Shown piece after piece: positions 18,684 to 28,296 of a DNA stretch of 64,000 bases. The notes beneath the pieces were generated by a model that did not search any database, was not told where the DNA came from, and saw only the letters and a program-made list of their open reading frames with translations. Source of the stretch: Candidatus Woesearchaeota archaeon (GTDB taxonomy: Archaea; Nanobdellota; Nanobdellia; Woesearchaeales; JACPIF01); NCBI GenBank assembly GCA_016188215.1, contig JACPIF010000008.1, forward strand, positions 101,439-165,438. The letters are read 5' to 3'. The stretch's first letter is position 1, and each line of letters starts with the position of its first letter. A program made the position numbers and the translations under genes.

Positions 18684-19742
18684 TTACGTAATGATATATA
18701 GAGGCTTTACCTCAGCATTCATGCTCTTTGATTCCTCCTTTGCCCAGAGCGGCGTCCCGTATTCCCAGTGCCACCATTCATTTGCGAGATTGACAAAGCC
18801 TACGCTTGTCATAATTCTATTTAATTCTTTACGACAATCATTTATCTGAATACCGTTTGGATCCTTTGCATTATTGTAGTCATTGAGCATGCCCCTATAG
18901 CTGCTTACGGTTCCACAAGCCTGCCTTATACCTTTAAATTTTAGACGTACGTCTACAGCCCCACCAGTAAGATGTGCAGAAGATTCTGAAGCTGCTGCGA
19001 GAGGATTGCTGCATTTTCCTTCTCTTGTCTTTCCACCGCATAATTTTTCCTGCTCTTCCCTTGAGCGGTATGCGCTATTCACAATAAGCTCGTGACCTGC
19101 CTGCTGAGCCTCTTGCTGCGCCTTTTGCAACCTTTTATAGGCTTCCGGCTTCAATTTGCAGATATACTGCTGGCTTTCTGCAGCACAAGAGAACGGGATC
19201 ATATCAGGCAGGTCAGTTATTTCTGGTTCCTGTCTTATTGAAACTGTTGTTTTTGGCTCCAAGCTTAGATCTGATTGGAGCGCGCTCGTGGCAATGCCAA
19301 GAAATATGAGATGGCCTTTATTGACTACAGAATATTCATAATTCTCTGCCTTAATGGCTATATCCTTATTCTGATTCAATCTTTGATTAAAGGAGGTCAT
19401 GAATGTCTGCTTCAAAATAGTATCAATCTGCGTTTTAGCGGGCAAGCAAGATTTCTCTTTATACAAAATGGCATATGTTCCATATGCCTGGCATATGCCT
19501 AATCTCTCAGGAAGCTCCTTTAGTGCCAGCTGCACGCTAAAATGGGAGGCAGACTGTATGTAGGCAAGCTTCGTATATGCCTCATTCTCATTGCTATATA
19601 CAGATAGTGCAGCTTCCCCCACATATGTCAATTGAGGCTTGACCTCTGGAGCAGTTTTGGTTGCCTGCAATAATGCCCATGCAACTGAACCTATCCATGC
19701 GGCAAGTATCAGGTATATCATAATGCTTGATTTTTTATTCAT
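18684..19742 (-). CDS. secreted zinc D,D-peptidase, VanY / peptidase M15 family (LAS metallopeptidase fold)
   Basis: Signal peptide; C-terminal half has ELIVNSAYRSREEQ (SxHxxGxAxD-family first motif), HLTGGAVDV, and NEWWHWEYG (second His motif) in the order characteristic of VanY/M15B. Confidence 0.55.
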   Translation of the reverse strand: MNKKSSIMIYLILAAWIGSVAWALLQATKTAPEVKPQLTYVGEAALSVYSNENEAYTKLAYIQSASHFSVQLALKELPERLGICQAYGTYAILYKEKSCLPAKTQIDTILKQTFMTSFNQRLNQNKDIAIKAENYEYSVVNKGHLIFLGIATSALQSDLSLEPKTTVSIRQEPEITDLPDMIPFSCAAESQQYICKLKPEAYKRLQKAQQEAQQAGHELIVNSAYRSREEQEKLCGGKTREGKCSNPLAAASESSAHLTGGAVDVRLKFKGIRQACGTVSSYRGMLNDYNNAKDPNGIQINDCRKELNRIMTSVGFVNLANEWWHWEYGTPLWAKEESKSMNAEVKPLYIIT

Positions 19743-20236
19743 GGTAACATTAATGGTAATTCTGGAACATTAGCCTCTACAATATCTTTTCCTACTGATA
19801 GTGTCAATGTTAGAAGCTCTCCATTAGGAAGCGAAAGTGTAACAGATGAACTACTTTGTTTTCTAGCTGCGAATGCGTAACTTGGACCGTAAATTCCATA
19901 AGATTCATAACCACTCAACTTTAAGGACCATGTTGTATCACCTCTATAACGAGCATTAAAATAAGAGTTAACTGCCTTTTCAATAGCGCTATAATCTCTA
20001 GCGGCAATTCCTTTTGCAAAGATATCTATAATTTCTTGACCATCGCTTGAAGTGCTTACAAACTCAAGCAGCACTCTTGTGGCCTCAATTTCCTCCAGAG
20101 TTTGCTCTGCCTGGTTCTCCAGCTTTTCTTCCACACCTTTCCTGATTCCCACAAAAAGGATGAAGGAGAACGATATAAAGAAGATTGCAAAAATTATCTG
20201 CAGCCAATCGTCCATTATCGCTTTCTTATGAATCAT
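19739..20236 (-). CDS. membrane-anchored pilin-like protein (N-terminal KK + hydrophobic helix)
   Basis: MIHKKAIMDDWLQIIFAIFFISFSFILFVGI; ATGA overlaps with both neighbours. Confidence 0.35.
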   Translation of the reverse strand: MIHKKAIMDDWLQIIFAIFFISFSFILFVGIRKGVEEKLENQAEQTLEEIEATRVLLEFVSTSSDGQEIIDIFAKGIAARDYSAIEKAVNSYFNARYRGDTTWSLKLSGYESYGIYGPSYAFAARKQSSSSVTLSLPNGELLTLTLSVGKDIVEANVPELPLMLP

Positions 20237-20712
20237 TGTTCAATCTCAAACTGGAGCTTACCATCTACGAAATATCCTGACATGTAGATACTTACTTCCT
20301 TAGTCCTCTTACTAGCTGCGCTACCGCGCCAGTTCTTGCTGGTCAGAGCAGCTATCTGGCTTCCTTTAGCATCCTGTAATATAATTCGTATGGATTTTCC
20401 TTTGGTTTTGAAGTCTGCTGGATAGCAGCCATCCATAACACCCTGGGTAAATTTAGATGCATCTACCACACTTAGCCTGTACGTGAATTGGTCGGAAGTA
20501 TAAGCAAAACATTGCGGTGAGTTAATGAAACGCTCAGTCATGATAAAATTTCCCAGATCCTTAGGCGTAGCGAGGCTAAGGTTACTTATTGATACTACAA
20601 GATACATAAGCAAGGTAAGCAGGATAGTCAAAACAAACAATACTGCAACATAAAACATAATTTTATGCGCAAACATCTGGGCTTTATTTTGCCACAAGGG
20701 CTTTGAACTCAT
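20233..20712 (-). CDS. membrane-anchored small secreted protein, pilin-like
   Basis: N-terminal basic stretch then 25-aa hydrophobic helix; translationally coupled. Confidence 0.35.
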   Translation of the reverse strand: MSSKPLWQNKAQMFAHKIMFYVAVLFVLTILLTLLMYLVVSISNLSLATPKDLGNFIMTERFINSPQCFAYTSDQFTYRLSVVDASKFTQGVMDGCYPADFKTKGKSIRIILQDAKGSQIAALTSKNWRGSAASKRTKEVSIYMSGYFVDGKLQFEIEQ

Positions 20713-21593
20713 CTTTTAATCTCCTCCAGCGCCTTTATAACTGCTGCTGCAGCTTCTGCCGAATAAGGATAAGATTTATAGGAGTCACTTTTTATATTGC
20801 CTAATTCAAGGTATACTCCTTGGTTTTGCAAGGCAGCCCTAATGTCATCAGCAGGCATGCGGGCTGAGTCAATTGGAACAATATAATACCCATCTGCAGA
20901 AACCTTCTTTATCAATTGGTTAATGAGCGTGCACGCTACATAATACGATTTTGTGGAGTCATAAGGAATGTATGCCTTAATTAAATTTGGAGCCTTATCG
21001 TTATTGCTCATGCCTAGCATGATTACAAAATCACTGCTTGTTGCATCCAGCCTTGCTTGCACGTTTTGTATGCCTTTCGTGATTTTCTCTACTTCCTGCG
21101 CTTGCTCCCCCTGTATGTTGGATTTCCTGATTATTATTGAATTGAATTTATCCAAAGGGGGGATGCCGCAATAAATTGCATTCATAGAAGGAATATAGTC
21201 ACTTGCCTGCAGAATTGATCCCTGTTTTATAAGTGCAAGATAGGGTGGGTATTCAAACCTACTTTTTTGAAAGTTATAGCCGGCAGGCAAAGGTGCAAGA
21301 GGATATATTCCCTTAATAGGATCCCCTGCTGAGATTTCTACAGAATTAGAGCTTATAGTTACTATGTAATCATAGAGATTATCAAATTCAACATACGCAT
21401 TACCTTGTATCCCTGACAGGGCTTCCAGGGCCATTCCAATGTTATTTGCTATTCCCTGCTTAGAAGCGTATTCCCTGCCTACATACTGTTTTCCAAGCTC
21501 TATAAATAAATATCCTACCACAATTGCCAGGAGAATTTCAAGGATGGTTATGAGAGGATACTCTGTGCCTGTTTGAGCTTTTTTGTTTGCCAT
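20709..21593 (-). CDS. type IV pilin-like protein (class III signal peptide-like N-terminus)
   Basis: MANKKAQTGTEYPLITILEILLAIVVGYLFIELG: basic N-term, KAQ then Glu-containing hydrophobic helix. Confidence 0.4.
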   Translation of the reverse strand: MANKKAQTGTEYPLITILEILLAIVVGYLFIELGKQYVGREYASKQGIANNIGMALEALSGIQGNAYVEFDNLYDYIVTISSNSVEISAGDPIKGIYPLAPLPAGYNFQKSRFEYPPYLALIKQGSILQASDYIPSMNAIYCGIPPLDKFNSIIIRKSNIQGEQAQEVEKITKGIQNVQARLDATSSDFVIMLGMSNNDKAPNLIKAYIPYDSTKSYYVACTLINQLIKKVSADGYYIVPIDSARMPADDIRAALQNQGVYLELGNIKSDSYKSYPYSAEAAAAVIKALEEIKR

Positions 21594-21595
21594 GT

Positions 21596-22273
21596 CTAGT
21601 TATATGTCCCAGGCGGCAATATCTCGCAGTTGCTTGTTGTGCATACGCCAACCTTCCCGAGATCCTTTCGCACATATACTGCCTTTACATTCTGGTTAAT
21701 CTTGATGCCCGGGATATTATTAAAGTAAGCTGGCAGGGTCTCACTGCGCACAATAGCGAAGCCATTTTTCCAGAAGTAGCTTTGCATAAGGTTTTTGCTA
21801 GATCCTACTTGATCAGAGCGGCGCTCTGAGATAAGGGTGTAGCTGGTTATTGCCACTGTATTTAAGGCTCTGCACTCTGCTGCTGCAGTGCACCTGCTTT
21901 CTGAACCTATGCTTTCCCCTACTGAAAGCTCTGAGCAGAGGCAAATGCATGATTTCCCTTTCTGGCAGGTGCTAAGGCGCTCAACATATGTGAGCATTAA
22001 TTCCGCTCCGTTATATTCCTTATTGATAAGCTCCAGCCTTTGCGCGTCAGGAGAAAAGGCCAGGATTGCATTCTTATCTTTATCAAGGAAGAAGGCTAAC
22101 GGGTCCTGGGAACCTTCCTTTACTGATTCCATCTTCCCGATCATAGTTGTAAAAGAATTTGAAGTGCGAAAACTTACTGCAAATATATCATAAGCTATCT
22201 TGCCGACCATGACAAAGAGCAACACACCTATAACGACCAAAATAAATGTGATGGTGGCAAAGGCTCGTGGCAT
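21596..22273 (-). CDS. pilin-like membrane-anchored protein
   Basis: MPRAFATITFILVVIGVLLFVMVG N-terminus; Cys-rich C-terminal domain. Confidence 0.35.
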   Translation of the reverse strand: MPRAFATITFILVVIGVLLFVMVGKIAYDIFAVSFRTSNSFTTMIGKMESVKEGSQDPLAFFLDKDKNAILAFSPDAQRLELINKEYNGAELMLTYVERLSTCQKGKSCICLCSELSVGESIGSESRCTAAAECRALNTVAITSYTLISERRSDQVGSSKNLMQSYFWKNGFAIVRSETLPAYFNNIPGIKINQNVKAVYVRKDLGKVGVCTTSNCEILPPGTYN

Positions 22274-22276
22274 TTT

Positions 22277-22600
22277 TCAAGAGATGCAGTTTGTCTTGGT
22301 AGGATCTTTTCTCATTGCATCTATGAGTTTTCTGCATTCATTGGAAGGTGTGCTGCAGCTTCCATCTGCATTTGGTTCCTTATTAGGGTTGCATGGGCAC
22401 CTATCAAGAACGTCTTGTATCCCGTCATTGTCGCAGTCTGAAGAGATACCGGTGGTAGTGTCGCTTAATGGTTTTGTGCCTTTTGCCCATAATTGGCCTG
22501 GCCCAAATACTGTATATCCGATTACCGCCATGGCAAGCAATCCGAGTCCCATCCAGACTATGATCCATATCATATCTGATGCTGCTTTCTTGTTGTGCAT
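22277..22600 (-). CDS. small pilin-like protein
   Basis: MHNKKAASDMIWIIVWMGLGLLAMAVIGY N-terminus; 107 aa with CDNDG..C..C Cys-rich tail. Confidence 0.35.
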   Translation of the reverse strand: MHNKKAASDMIWIIVWMGLGLLAMAVIGYTVFGPGQLWAKGTKPLSDTTTGISSDCDNDGIQDVLDRCPCNPNKEPNADGSCSTPSNECRKLIDAMRKDPTKTNCIS

Positions 22601-22727
22601 AGTATCACCCCTGCATAGGTATTGATTCTTGCCCTAGAGCACGTTAATGTATGAAACTTTGATGCCAACATCGAGCTGCCTTCCATCTCCTTTTTAGTCA
22701 TTTGTCTCACCTTTTGTCCATATTTAT

Positions 22728-23516
22728 TTAGCATAGATTACCTGCACTTTTCCCCGCGAGCGCAGACATCATGTATGACTGTATGCCGATGTTGTAGGCA
22801 TTTGAAGGCAACCTAATTGTATCATAAGTCGGTATGAAGCAGATGTGACCCTCGTCTACATTAAAAAGCAGGCTATGATCCTTTAGTTCCCCCTTTATTA
22901 AGGAGACGCCTGATTTGTATTGCACATCAATCCTATCCCTTGCATAGGTAATTTTTGATGCCTCGGCATACCTATCCGCTGGATTGCTTATTGTATATTT
23001 TGAGACATCATAATTCCATTCCTTTTCCAAGCCAAAGCGCTTAATCAAATATGGAACCTGGGTATTGCCCGTTATCACACAAGGTGTTTTAATGGCTGCA
23101 GGGCTTCCAATAAAATGGCGCTTGACTTCTACATTGTTTGGGCCCACCAACACAATATACATGCCCTGCCTATTTTTGTCCGGTGAAGCCTGGAATACTA
23201 TTGAGAATCCCTGGAAATCAGCAGGCTTTGCAGGGTATGGCAACAAGCATTCCTTTGCGTATGTTCTACTGAAGATTATCAAAAAGTTGTTGTAGGCTGT
23301 GTTAACTTCCTCAGAAGGCACTGGCGTACTGACCTGCAAGTCCTTTTGCGGCCCTATGAATTCTATTGTAATAAAACTGAGGACAAAATTAAATGCGTAT
23401 TTGATGGCAGTGCCTATATTGATTCCCAAAACGTAGAGGGCAAATATGAAAAGAGCTAGAAGAACCAAGATTACTAAAAGGAAGCTCATACCTTTTTTGT
23501 GTTTCATGCAAACCAT
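22728..23516 (-). CDS. type IV pilin-like protein
   Basis: MVCMKHKKGMSFLLVILVLLALFIFALYVLG: KKG followed by hydrophobic helix. Confidence 0.4.
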   Translation of the reverse strand: MVCMKHKKGMSFLLVILVLLALFIFALYVLGINIGTAIKYAFNFVLSFITIEFIGPQKDLQVSTPVPSEEVNTAYNNFLIIFSRTYAKECLLPYPAKPADFQGFSIVFQASPDKNRQGMYIVLVGPNNVEVKRHFIGSPAAIKTPCVITGNTQVPYLIKRFGLEKEWNYDVSKYTISNPADRYAEASKITYARDRIDVQYKSGVSLIKGELKDHSLLFNVDEGHICFIPTYDTIRLPSNAYNIGIQSYMMSALAGKSAGNLC

Positions 23517-23659
23517 TCTAGTATAAAGTTTAATTTCCCACGTATAGCGAGATACCCTAAAGCAAAAACAATTATAACAGCGCCGGCTATTGCTAATCCT
23601 ACAACTGCATTTGGGATTATTTCTATGCCTTTTTTATTTAGCTTGGTATTACGCTGCAT
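23504..23659 (-). CDS. mini pilin-like protein (51 aa), class III signal peptide-like
   Basis: Hand-translated: MQRNTKLNKKGIEIIPNAVVGLAIAGAVIIVFALGYLAIRGKLNFILEWFA; NKKG/IEII nearly identical to N-terminus of the 23638..24876 product (NKKG/IELI); below 60-aa track cutoff; overlaps neighbours by 13 and 22 nt. Confidence 0.4.
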   Translation of the reverse strand: MQRNTKLNKKGIEIIPNAVVGLAIAGAVIIVFALGYLAIRGKLNFILEWFA

Positions 23660-24876
23660 AGTGGCTCGCCTCCGCCCTGCACTTGCTTATTTTCTATCTG
23701 TGACAGGCTAGTTAAATAGATTGTGGAAGCTGATCGAGCAGGATTAAAGAAATCGGCCAAACCAACATTAATAGTTTCAACTGCCTGTCCCGCAAACACT
23801 CCAGCTGTAATGCCAATTCCCCCTCCAATTACACCTATGGCAGTAGCTGTGATTGATAAAGGTAGGGTGATAGGCAGCGCAACAATTGCGATTCCAACTC
23901 CAACTGCTGCAGCGCCCCCAATCACAAAACCAGTTCCGATACTCAATGATTTGCAAAGGGTTGTATCGCAGGTATCAGCAGGGCTTCCAAAGCTAATTGC
24001 ATAAATTTCATTGGGCTTAATATCTGTAAGGATGAACACATTGCCAGGGCCGTTAGCTCGCTGGAAATATGTATAGTAGCTTAAGTCATTCTCCTTTTTG
24101 ATATAGCATGATTCCCCCTTTGGGCATTGCCAATTTGTATAGAGGGCGTAATCAAAACCGAGAGAGTCCTTGCTGCAGCGGCCGCCATTGTTGACGCATT
24201 GGATATTGCTAAAGCAACATCCTTCCCCTTTCTGGTCTTTTCTGCAAAAACTATTACGAAAATCAAATTGAATCTGGTCAGGGTTGCCCTGCATTTTATT
24301 AGGGCTAATGCAGTCAGCTTTGCTGTTGGCGCAAAATCCTCCCCTGTCTGTGCCTGAAGTAAAGCACCTGTCTGTCGTATCTTTTGGCTTAAAAGGGGTA
24401 GTTTGCAGGTAAAGCATGAATTCTTCAGGCGCAATCGGGCTTTTGATATCAGCATCCTGTTTTACAGTAAACAGATAGCAAGTCTGGCAGTTATTAATCC
24501 AAGGAGTCCCTTCCTTGAACACATCCCTGACCTTGCCCTCATCATACCTTTGCCAGCAGCTTTTCATCAATTCTGCTATGCCTCGCTCAACTGCTTCCCT
24601 GCTTTCACCTTTTTTTGGGATCTGGCCTTTATCAATGGTTACGCATCCAGCTAATGGAGCCCTGGCAGATACGGCCGTGACGCCTGCTATTTTTGACTGG
24701 ATCTCGTATCTTCTCAGCCCAATATTGATTTTGCAAGCTTCATCTTTAAGTGAGTCATCAAGGTTATACAGGATCTTTGGGAATATGGGCACAATAAGGA
24801 GCACCGCAATAAATATAATTACAAGGGCTGCAATCGCGCCAGTTATCAGCTCGATACCTTTTTTATTTATGGCCAT
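23638..24876 (-). CDS. large type IV pilin-like protein with Cys-rich domain and C-terminal Gly/Ala/Ile-rich hydrophobic region
   Basis: MAINKKGIELITGAIAALVIIFIAVLLIV (KKG then Glu at +2, pilin-like); 412 aa. Confidence 0.45.
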   Translation of the reverse strand: MAINKKGIELITGAIAALVIIFIAVLLIVPIFPKILYNLDDSLKDEACKINIGLRRYEIQSKIAGVTAVSARAPLAGCVTIDKGQIPKKGESREAVERGIAELMKSCWQRYDEGKVRDVFKEGTPWINNCQTCYLFTVKQDADIKSPIAPEEFMLYLQTTPFKPKDTTDRCFTSGTDRGGFCANSKADCISPNKMQGNPDQIQFDFRNSFCRKDQKGEGCCFSNIQCVNNGGRCSKDSLGFDYALYTNWQCPKGESCYIKKENDLSYYTYFQRANGPGNVFILTDIKPNEIYAISFGSPADTCDTTLCKSLSIGTGFVIGGAAAVGVGIAIVALPITLPLSITATAIGVIGGGIGITAGVFAGQAVETINVGLADFFNPARSASTIYLTSLSQIENKQVQGGGEPLCSVIPS

Positions 24877-25007
24877 TTTTTAATCATTGTGTTTACAATA
24901 ACATAAGCAAGTATAAAGAAAAGGATAAGCGTTAAGGCTATTACCATCGCCATGGCGCCTGGCCAGTTTCCTGCCTGCTCTGGCACTTCCCCCTTTTTTC
25001 CGATCAT
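24867..25007 (-). CDS. small membrane protein (46 aa), hypothetical
   Basis: Hand-translated MIGKKGEVPEQAGNWPGAMAMVIALTLILFFILAYVIVNTMIKKWP; stop overlaps start of downstream pilin-like gene. Confidence 0.25.
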   Translation of the reverse strand: MIGKKGEVPEQAGNWPGAMAMVIALTLILFFILAYVIVNTMIKKWP

Positions 25008-25077
25008 GCTATAAATCTGAAAAACGCTTTATTTAAGCCTTTCTAATAGAATAATAGCGCAATAGGCTATATAGCTA

Positions 25078-25188
25078 TATTGCCAGGGAGCCGCTGAACA
25101 AAAGGACTACAGAAATAACTATGATAAGGGCAAGTGAGGTTATTAAAATGATGCCGAGAGAAAGGCCCTGGGCTTTTGTCAGGATCAT
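25078..25188 (-). CDS. mini pilin-like peptide (36 aa)
   Basis: Hand-translated MILTKAQGLSLGIILITSLALIIVISVVLLFSGSLAI; ATGA overlap with stop of 25185..25472. Confidence 0.3.
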
Positions 25189-25472
25189 CTAGCTGTGGGA
25201 AAACAACATTTTTTATTCTTATCTACCTTATTATTTGCGTCATAACAGCTTGCACTTGGCAGATCCGCATAATCCGGAGGGCAAGCGGAGCCCGCGGCTG
25301 TGTCGCAGCTTCCGCCTTTAGATACACAATCCTCTACGCCAAACCTGAATATAGCAATCCTTCCTGTAAATATAAGGACCAGGATTACCAGGACGATCAG
25401 GGCTATAGCCGCTACAATAATCACGTTGAGAGAAAGCTCTGCGCCTCTTTTATTCCTCTTATTCTTAAACAT
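25185..25472 (-). CDS. type IV pilin-like protein (class III signal peptide)
   Basis: MFKNKRNKRGAELSLNVIIVAAIALIVLVILVLIF: basic region, RG-A, Glu-containing hydrophobic helix; small Cys-containing globular part. Confidence 0.5.
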   Translation of the reverse strand: MFKNKRNKRGAELSLNVIIVAAIALIVLVILVLIFTGRIAIFRFGVEDCVSKGGSCDTAAGSACPPDYADLPSASCYDANNKVDKNKKCCFPTAR

Positions 25473-25670
25473 GGTAATGCCTGCTCAAATCCTGCTATTA
25501 GTGATATATAAAGGTTTCTATGGGCTTCGGCTATGCCTAGTTTGTGTGTTACCGTCGGTTCGCATTTGGCTATTTTACTCTATGGCAGGAATTCCTTTTG
25601 CAATTCCCTTCCTGCACGCTTCTAAATTCAGAAGATGCTCACAAATGGAGACGGTAACCCTGCTGAATCC

Positions 25671-26192
25671 TTAACTGCAAATATCCAGCACAATAGTTAA
25701 TGTTCCTGCGTCCGTAGGGATATAGTTCTGCTTTGACTCTTTTTCGCCTGTGCACCTGCCGTTAAATGATTTCATGAGCGGCTGCCCAGGGATCCTGGCC
25801 TCAAAGTAATAGCTTTGGTTGCCCCATGCAATTAATGTGCTGTTGAACATGCTGGCAATTGTTTCTCTAGTATAGTCACAGGACCTTTCATTTGCATCGC
25901 AGCGGAGCTGGGTATTAGGGGTATTATAATTCTCTGCGCAGTCCTTGAGCAGCTCGCCTATTGAATTTCCTGCACAAGCATCGGCTGTAGTCCTGAGGAA
26001 AGAGCCTAATATGTTTGAGGCAAGCTGCGTCTGGGTAAAGGTCTTCTTGAGGGTTGAAGGCTCCTTGTTGAGGTTGAACTGTATGATAAATAGCATGCCC
26101 AGAGACACAAGAATCATGATGACTGCAAGGCCCATGATCTCCATCTGCGCGTGTCTGCCAGCCTTCTGCATATGCTGTATTTTCAGTATCAT
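25671..26192 (-). CDS. pilin-like protein
   Basis: ...MQKAGRHAQMEIMGLAVIMILVSLGMLFII N-terminus. Confidence 0.4.
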   Translation of the reverse strand: MILKIQHMQKAGRHAQMEIMGLAVIMILVSLGMLFIIQFNLNKEPSTLKKTFTQTQLASNILGSFLRTTADACAGNSIGELLKDCAENYNTPNTQLRCDANERSCDYTRETIASMFNSTLIAWGNQSYYFEARIPGQPLMKSFNGRCTGEKESKQNYIPTDAGTLTIVLDICS

Positions 26193-26665
26193 GGGTAATA
26201 TGTCACCTCAACCACGCCCATGTTATAGCGCTTGGCAACAGGGTCATAGAGTGAAACTGGAAGGGGTGTAAAAAGGCTGCCGGAGCTGTTAGTGGTGCGC
26301 TCATAGAGCTTCCATTCCTGCCTTGCCGGATAGAGCTGCTTCACTACAATCCTGCTTGACTCAAAAGAATCATAATAGATAAGCTGCAAGGCAGAATCTG
26401 CCTGCAACATACGGCTGAGCGCCTCAAGCTTGAGTATGTCAATACAATTGTCAATCATTATGTTGTTGGCAGCGCACTGCAATTCAGGCAGGCTGAAGGC
26501 GCGCTGGGCAACTTCAACTGAGCGCTTCTCCTGCTCCTCCTGCAGCACAGTCTTGAATGTAGCGCGCTGGAATTTTGCATAGAACATGAATCCAAATATG
26601 ACCAGGATCAGAAACACAAAAATGACGCCAAGGGTTTCAGCCATCTTGAGCTGGGCGCGCGGCAT
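26189..26665 (-). CDS. pilin-like protein
   Basis: MPRAQLKMAETLGVIFVFLILVIFGFMFY; ATGA-coupled to neighbours. Confidence 0.4.
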   Translation of the reverse strand: MPRAQLKMAETLGVIFVFLILVIFGFMFYAKFQRATFKTVLQEEQEKRSVEVAQRAFSLPELQCAANNIMIDNCIDILKLEALSRMLQADSALQLIYYDSFESSRIVVKQLYPARQEWKLYERTTNSSGSLFTPLPVSLYDPVAKRYNMGVVEVTYYP

Positions 26666-27747
26666 CAGTACACCTCGCTGCAGGATAAGCGCTGGGCCTG
26701 CTCGTTTCTGGACCTTAACTCCTGAGCCTTCTGGTGCAGCTGTATAAGGGCTGCCTGCTCAGGAAATGATGTTGCCAAGGAGGTTGCGTGCTGCTTTATG
26801 GATTGCAGGGCGTCAAGGCTCAATGCATACTGGGTTGCGCAGGCTGTATCGCCTGCTGCCTGTGCAGCCTGCTGCAGCTTGCCGGCCTTTTGAGTATAGA
26901 CTTCTGAAACTGTTTCCATGCGCTGGAACAGATTTTGCATGTTGCAATTATAGGACTTATAGTCATCAGCCATAACTGCCGCAAACAGGCTTTCCCTTCC
27001 AAGATAATTGCTTGATCCAGGGACAGTACTCCAGTATTGGCCGCGCTTCTGGTAGAATCTTAGTTCACCAGGGCCGTCAAGTGAGTTTCCCATAATAGAC
27101 AGGGCTGACACATCAGTATCCTCAAGCGTGTTTATGTCTAGCAATCCTTCAGTACCAAGAGGGTTGCGGTTGACAAAGATTAGCCTGATGCGGTAGTTGC
27201 CCTCATTCATTATAGTATTGGCATCAGCAACCGTCTCCTTGTTGAGCAGAAGCTGACGCGAACTGCCGCGGGCAATGAACTTGGGCGGCAATGAGCGGTT
27301 GAGCTCCCTAGAAAGGGATGAGTCGCCTACAATTAAGTACTTGACATTAGGAGATGTCACCATAAGGATGTTGCCAACCCTGAACGGCATGCTCCAGTCT
27401 TTAGACCATACCATTATCTTGAAACCCTGCAGACTGCCGGGGGCAAACGAGATGCCCTCATGCACCGGATTAAGGTCATTCACCGAAAAACCTTCACAGG
27501 AATACGTGATATCCTTGTCTGCAATGTCAACTAAGGATGCGGTTCCTGTGCTGGCGCGCGCCCCTGTAAATATTGTCTTGAGGTCTGAGCGCACTTTTGC
27601 AGATACCTTGACCTCTGAAACTGTCTTCTGCTTGTCCGCTATAGTAATGAAAAATGTGAGGATAATACCGCCTATGACAAGGATAAATATCCAGTTGAAC
27701 TGTATCTCAACAAACCCTTTTCTTTTAAATTGCCTCATCCTCTTCAT
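26665..27747 (-). CDS. type IV pilin-like protein, 360 aa
   Basis: MKRMRQFKRKGFVEIQFNWIFILVIGGIIL: RKG-FVEIQ resembles prepilin G-F-x-x-x-E cleavage context. Confidence 0.45.
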   Translation of the reverse strand: MKRMRQFKRKGFVEIQFNWIFILVIGGIILTFFITIADKQKTVSEVKVSAKVRSDLKTIFTGARASTGTASLVDIADKDITYSCEGFSVNDLNPVHEGISFAPGSLQGFKIMVWSKDWSMPFRVGNILMVTSPNVKYLIVGDSSLSRELNRSLPPKFIARGSSRQLLLNKETVADANTIMNEGNYRIRLIFVNRNPLGTEGLLDINTLEDTDVSALSIMGNSLDGPGELRFYQKRGQYWSTVPGSSNYLGRESLFAAVMADDYKSYNCNMQNLFQRMETVSEVYTQKAGKLQQAAQAAGDTACATQYALSLDALQSIKQHATSLATSFPEQAALIQLHQKAQELRSRNEQAQRLSCSEVY

Positions 27748-28268
27748 GACCAGGGTGAAAGCTCTGTATAGCTGCCCCTGCCCTCCAGCTTCAGCGTGAT
27801 TTTTGAGAATGCCACATTCTGGCAGAAGAAATGAGCCTGTGAAATGCGTGCAGCGCCTATGTCAATGGACAGCGCCTCCTGGTTTCGCGAAAGTAGAAAC
27901 ATATTTTTCTGGATGCGGTCCTTCCAGCTGTTGCAGATAATCGCATTATAATCGTCGTTTCCCTGCGTGCAGAGAGCTGTTGAAGACTGACCGGTATAGC
28001 TTAAATCTATAAAGCATACCTTATCGTATTGATTAGGGACTGCGACCTCTTTTTTCAGGACTGTGCCGTAGTCTGCAGCAACCTTCTTGACTGCTGACCT
28101 CAAATCCTTCTCTATCTGCAGGATCACAACCCTGTCAGCCTTGTCACCAAGGCTCCTTATTGAGTTGTAGCCATATATCATGATAAGCGAGAACAGGACA
28201 ACCGCAAGAATGTAGATAAATACCTCTCCGATAACCTGGGCTTTCCTTTGATTCATTTGCATTGCCAC
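27744..28268 (-). CDS. pilin-like protein
   Basis: MAMQMNQRKAQVIGEVFIYILAVVLFSLIMIY. Confidence 0.4.
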   Translation of the reverse strand: MAMQMNQRKAQVIGEVFIYILAVVLFSLIMIYGYNSIRSLGDKADRVVILQIEKDLRSAVKKVAADYGTVLKKEVAVPNQYDKVCFIDLSYTGQSSTALCTQGNDDYNAIICNSWKDRIQKNMFLLSRNQEALSIDIGAARISQAHFFCQNVAFSKITLKLEGRGSYTELSPWS

Positions 28269-28296
28269 GCAAGATAATAGTTACTATTTATGGCTG

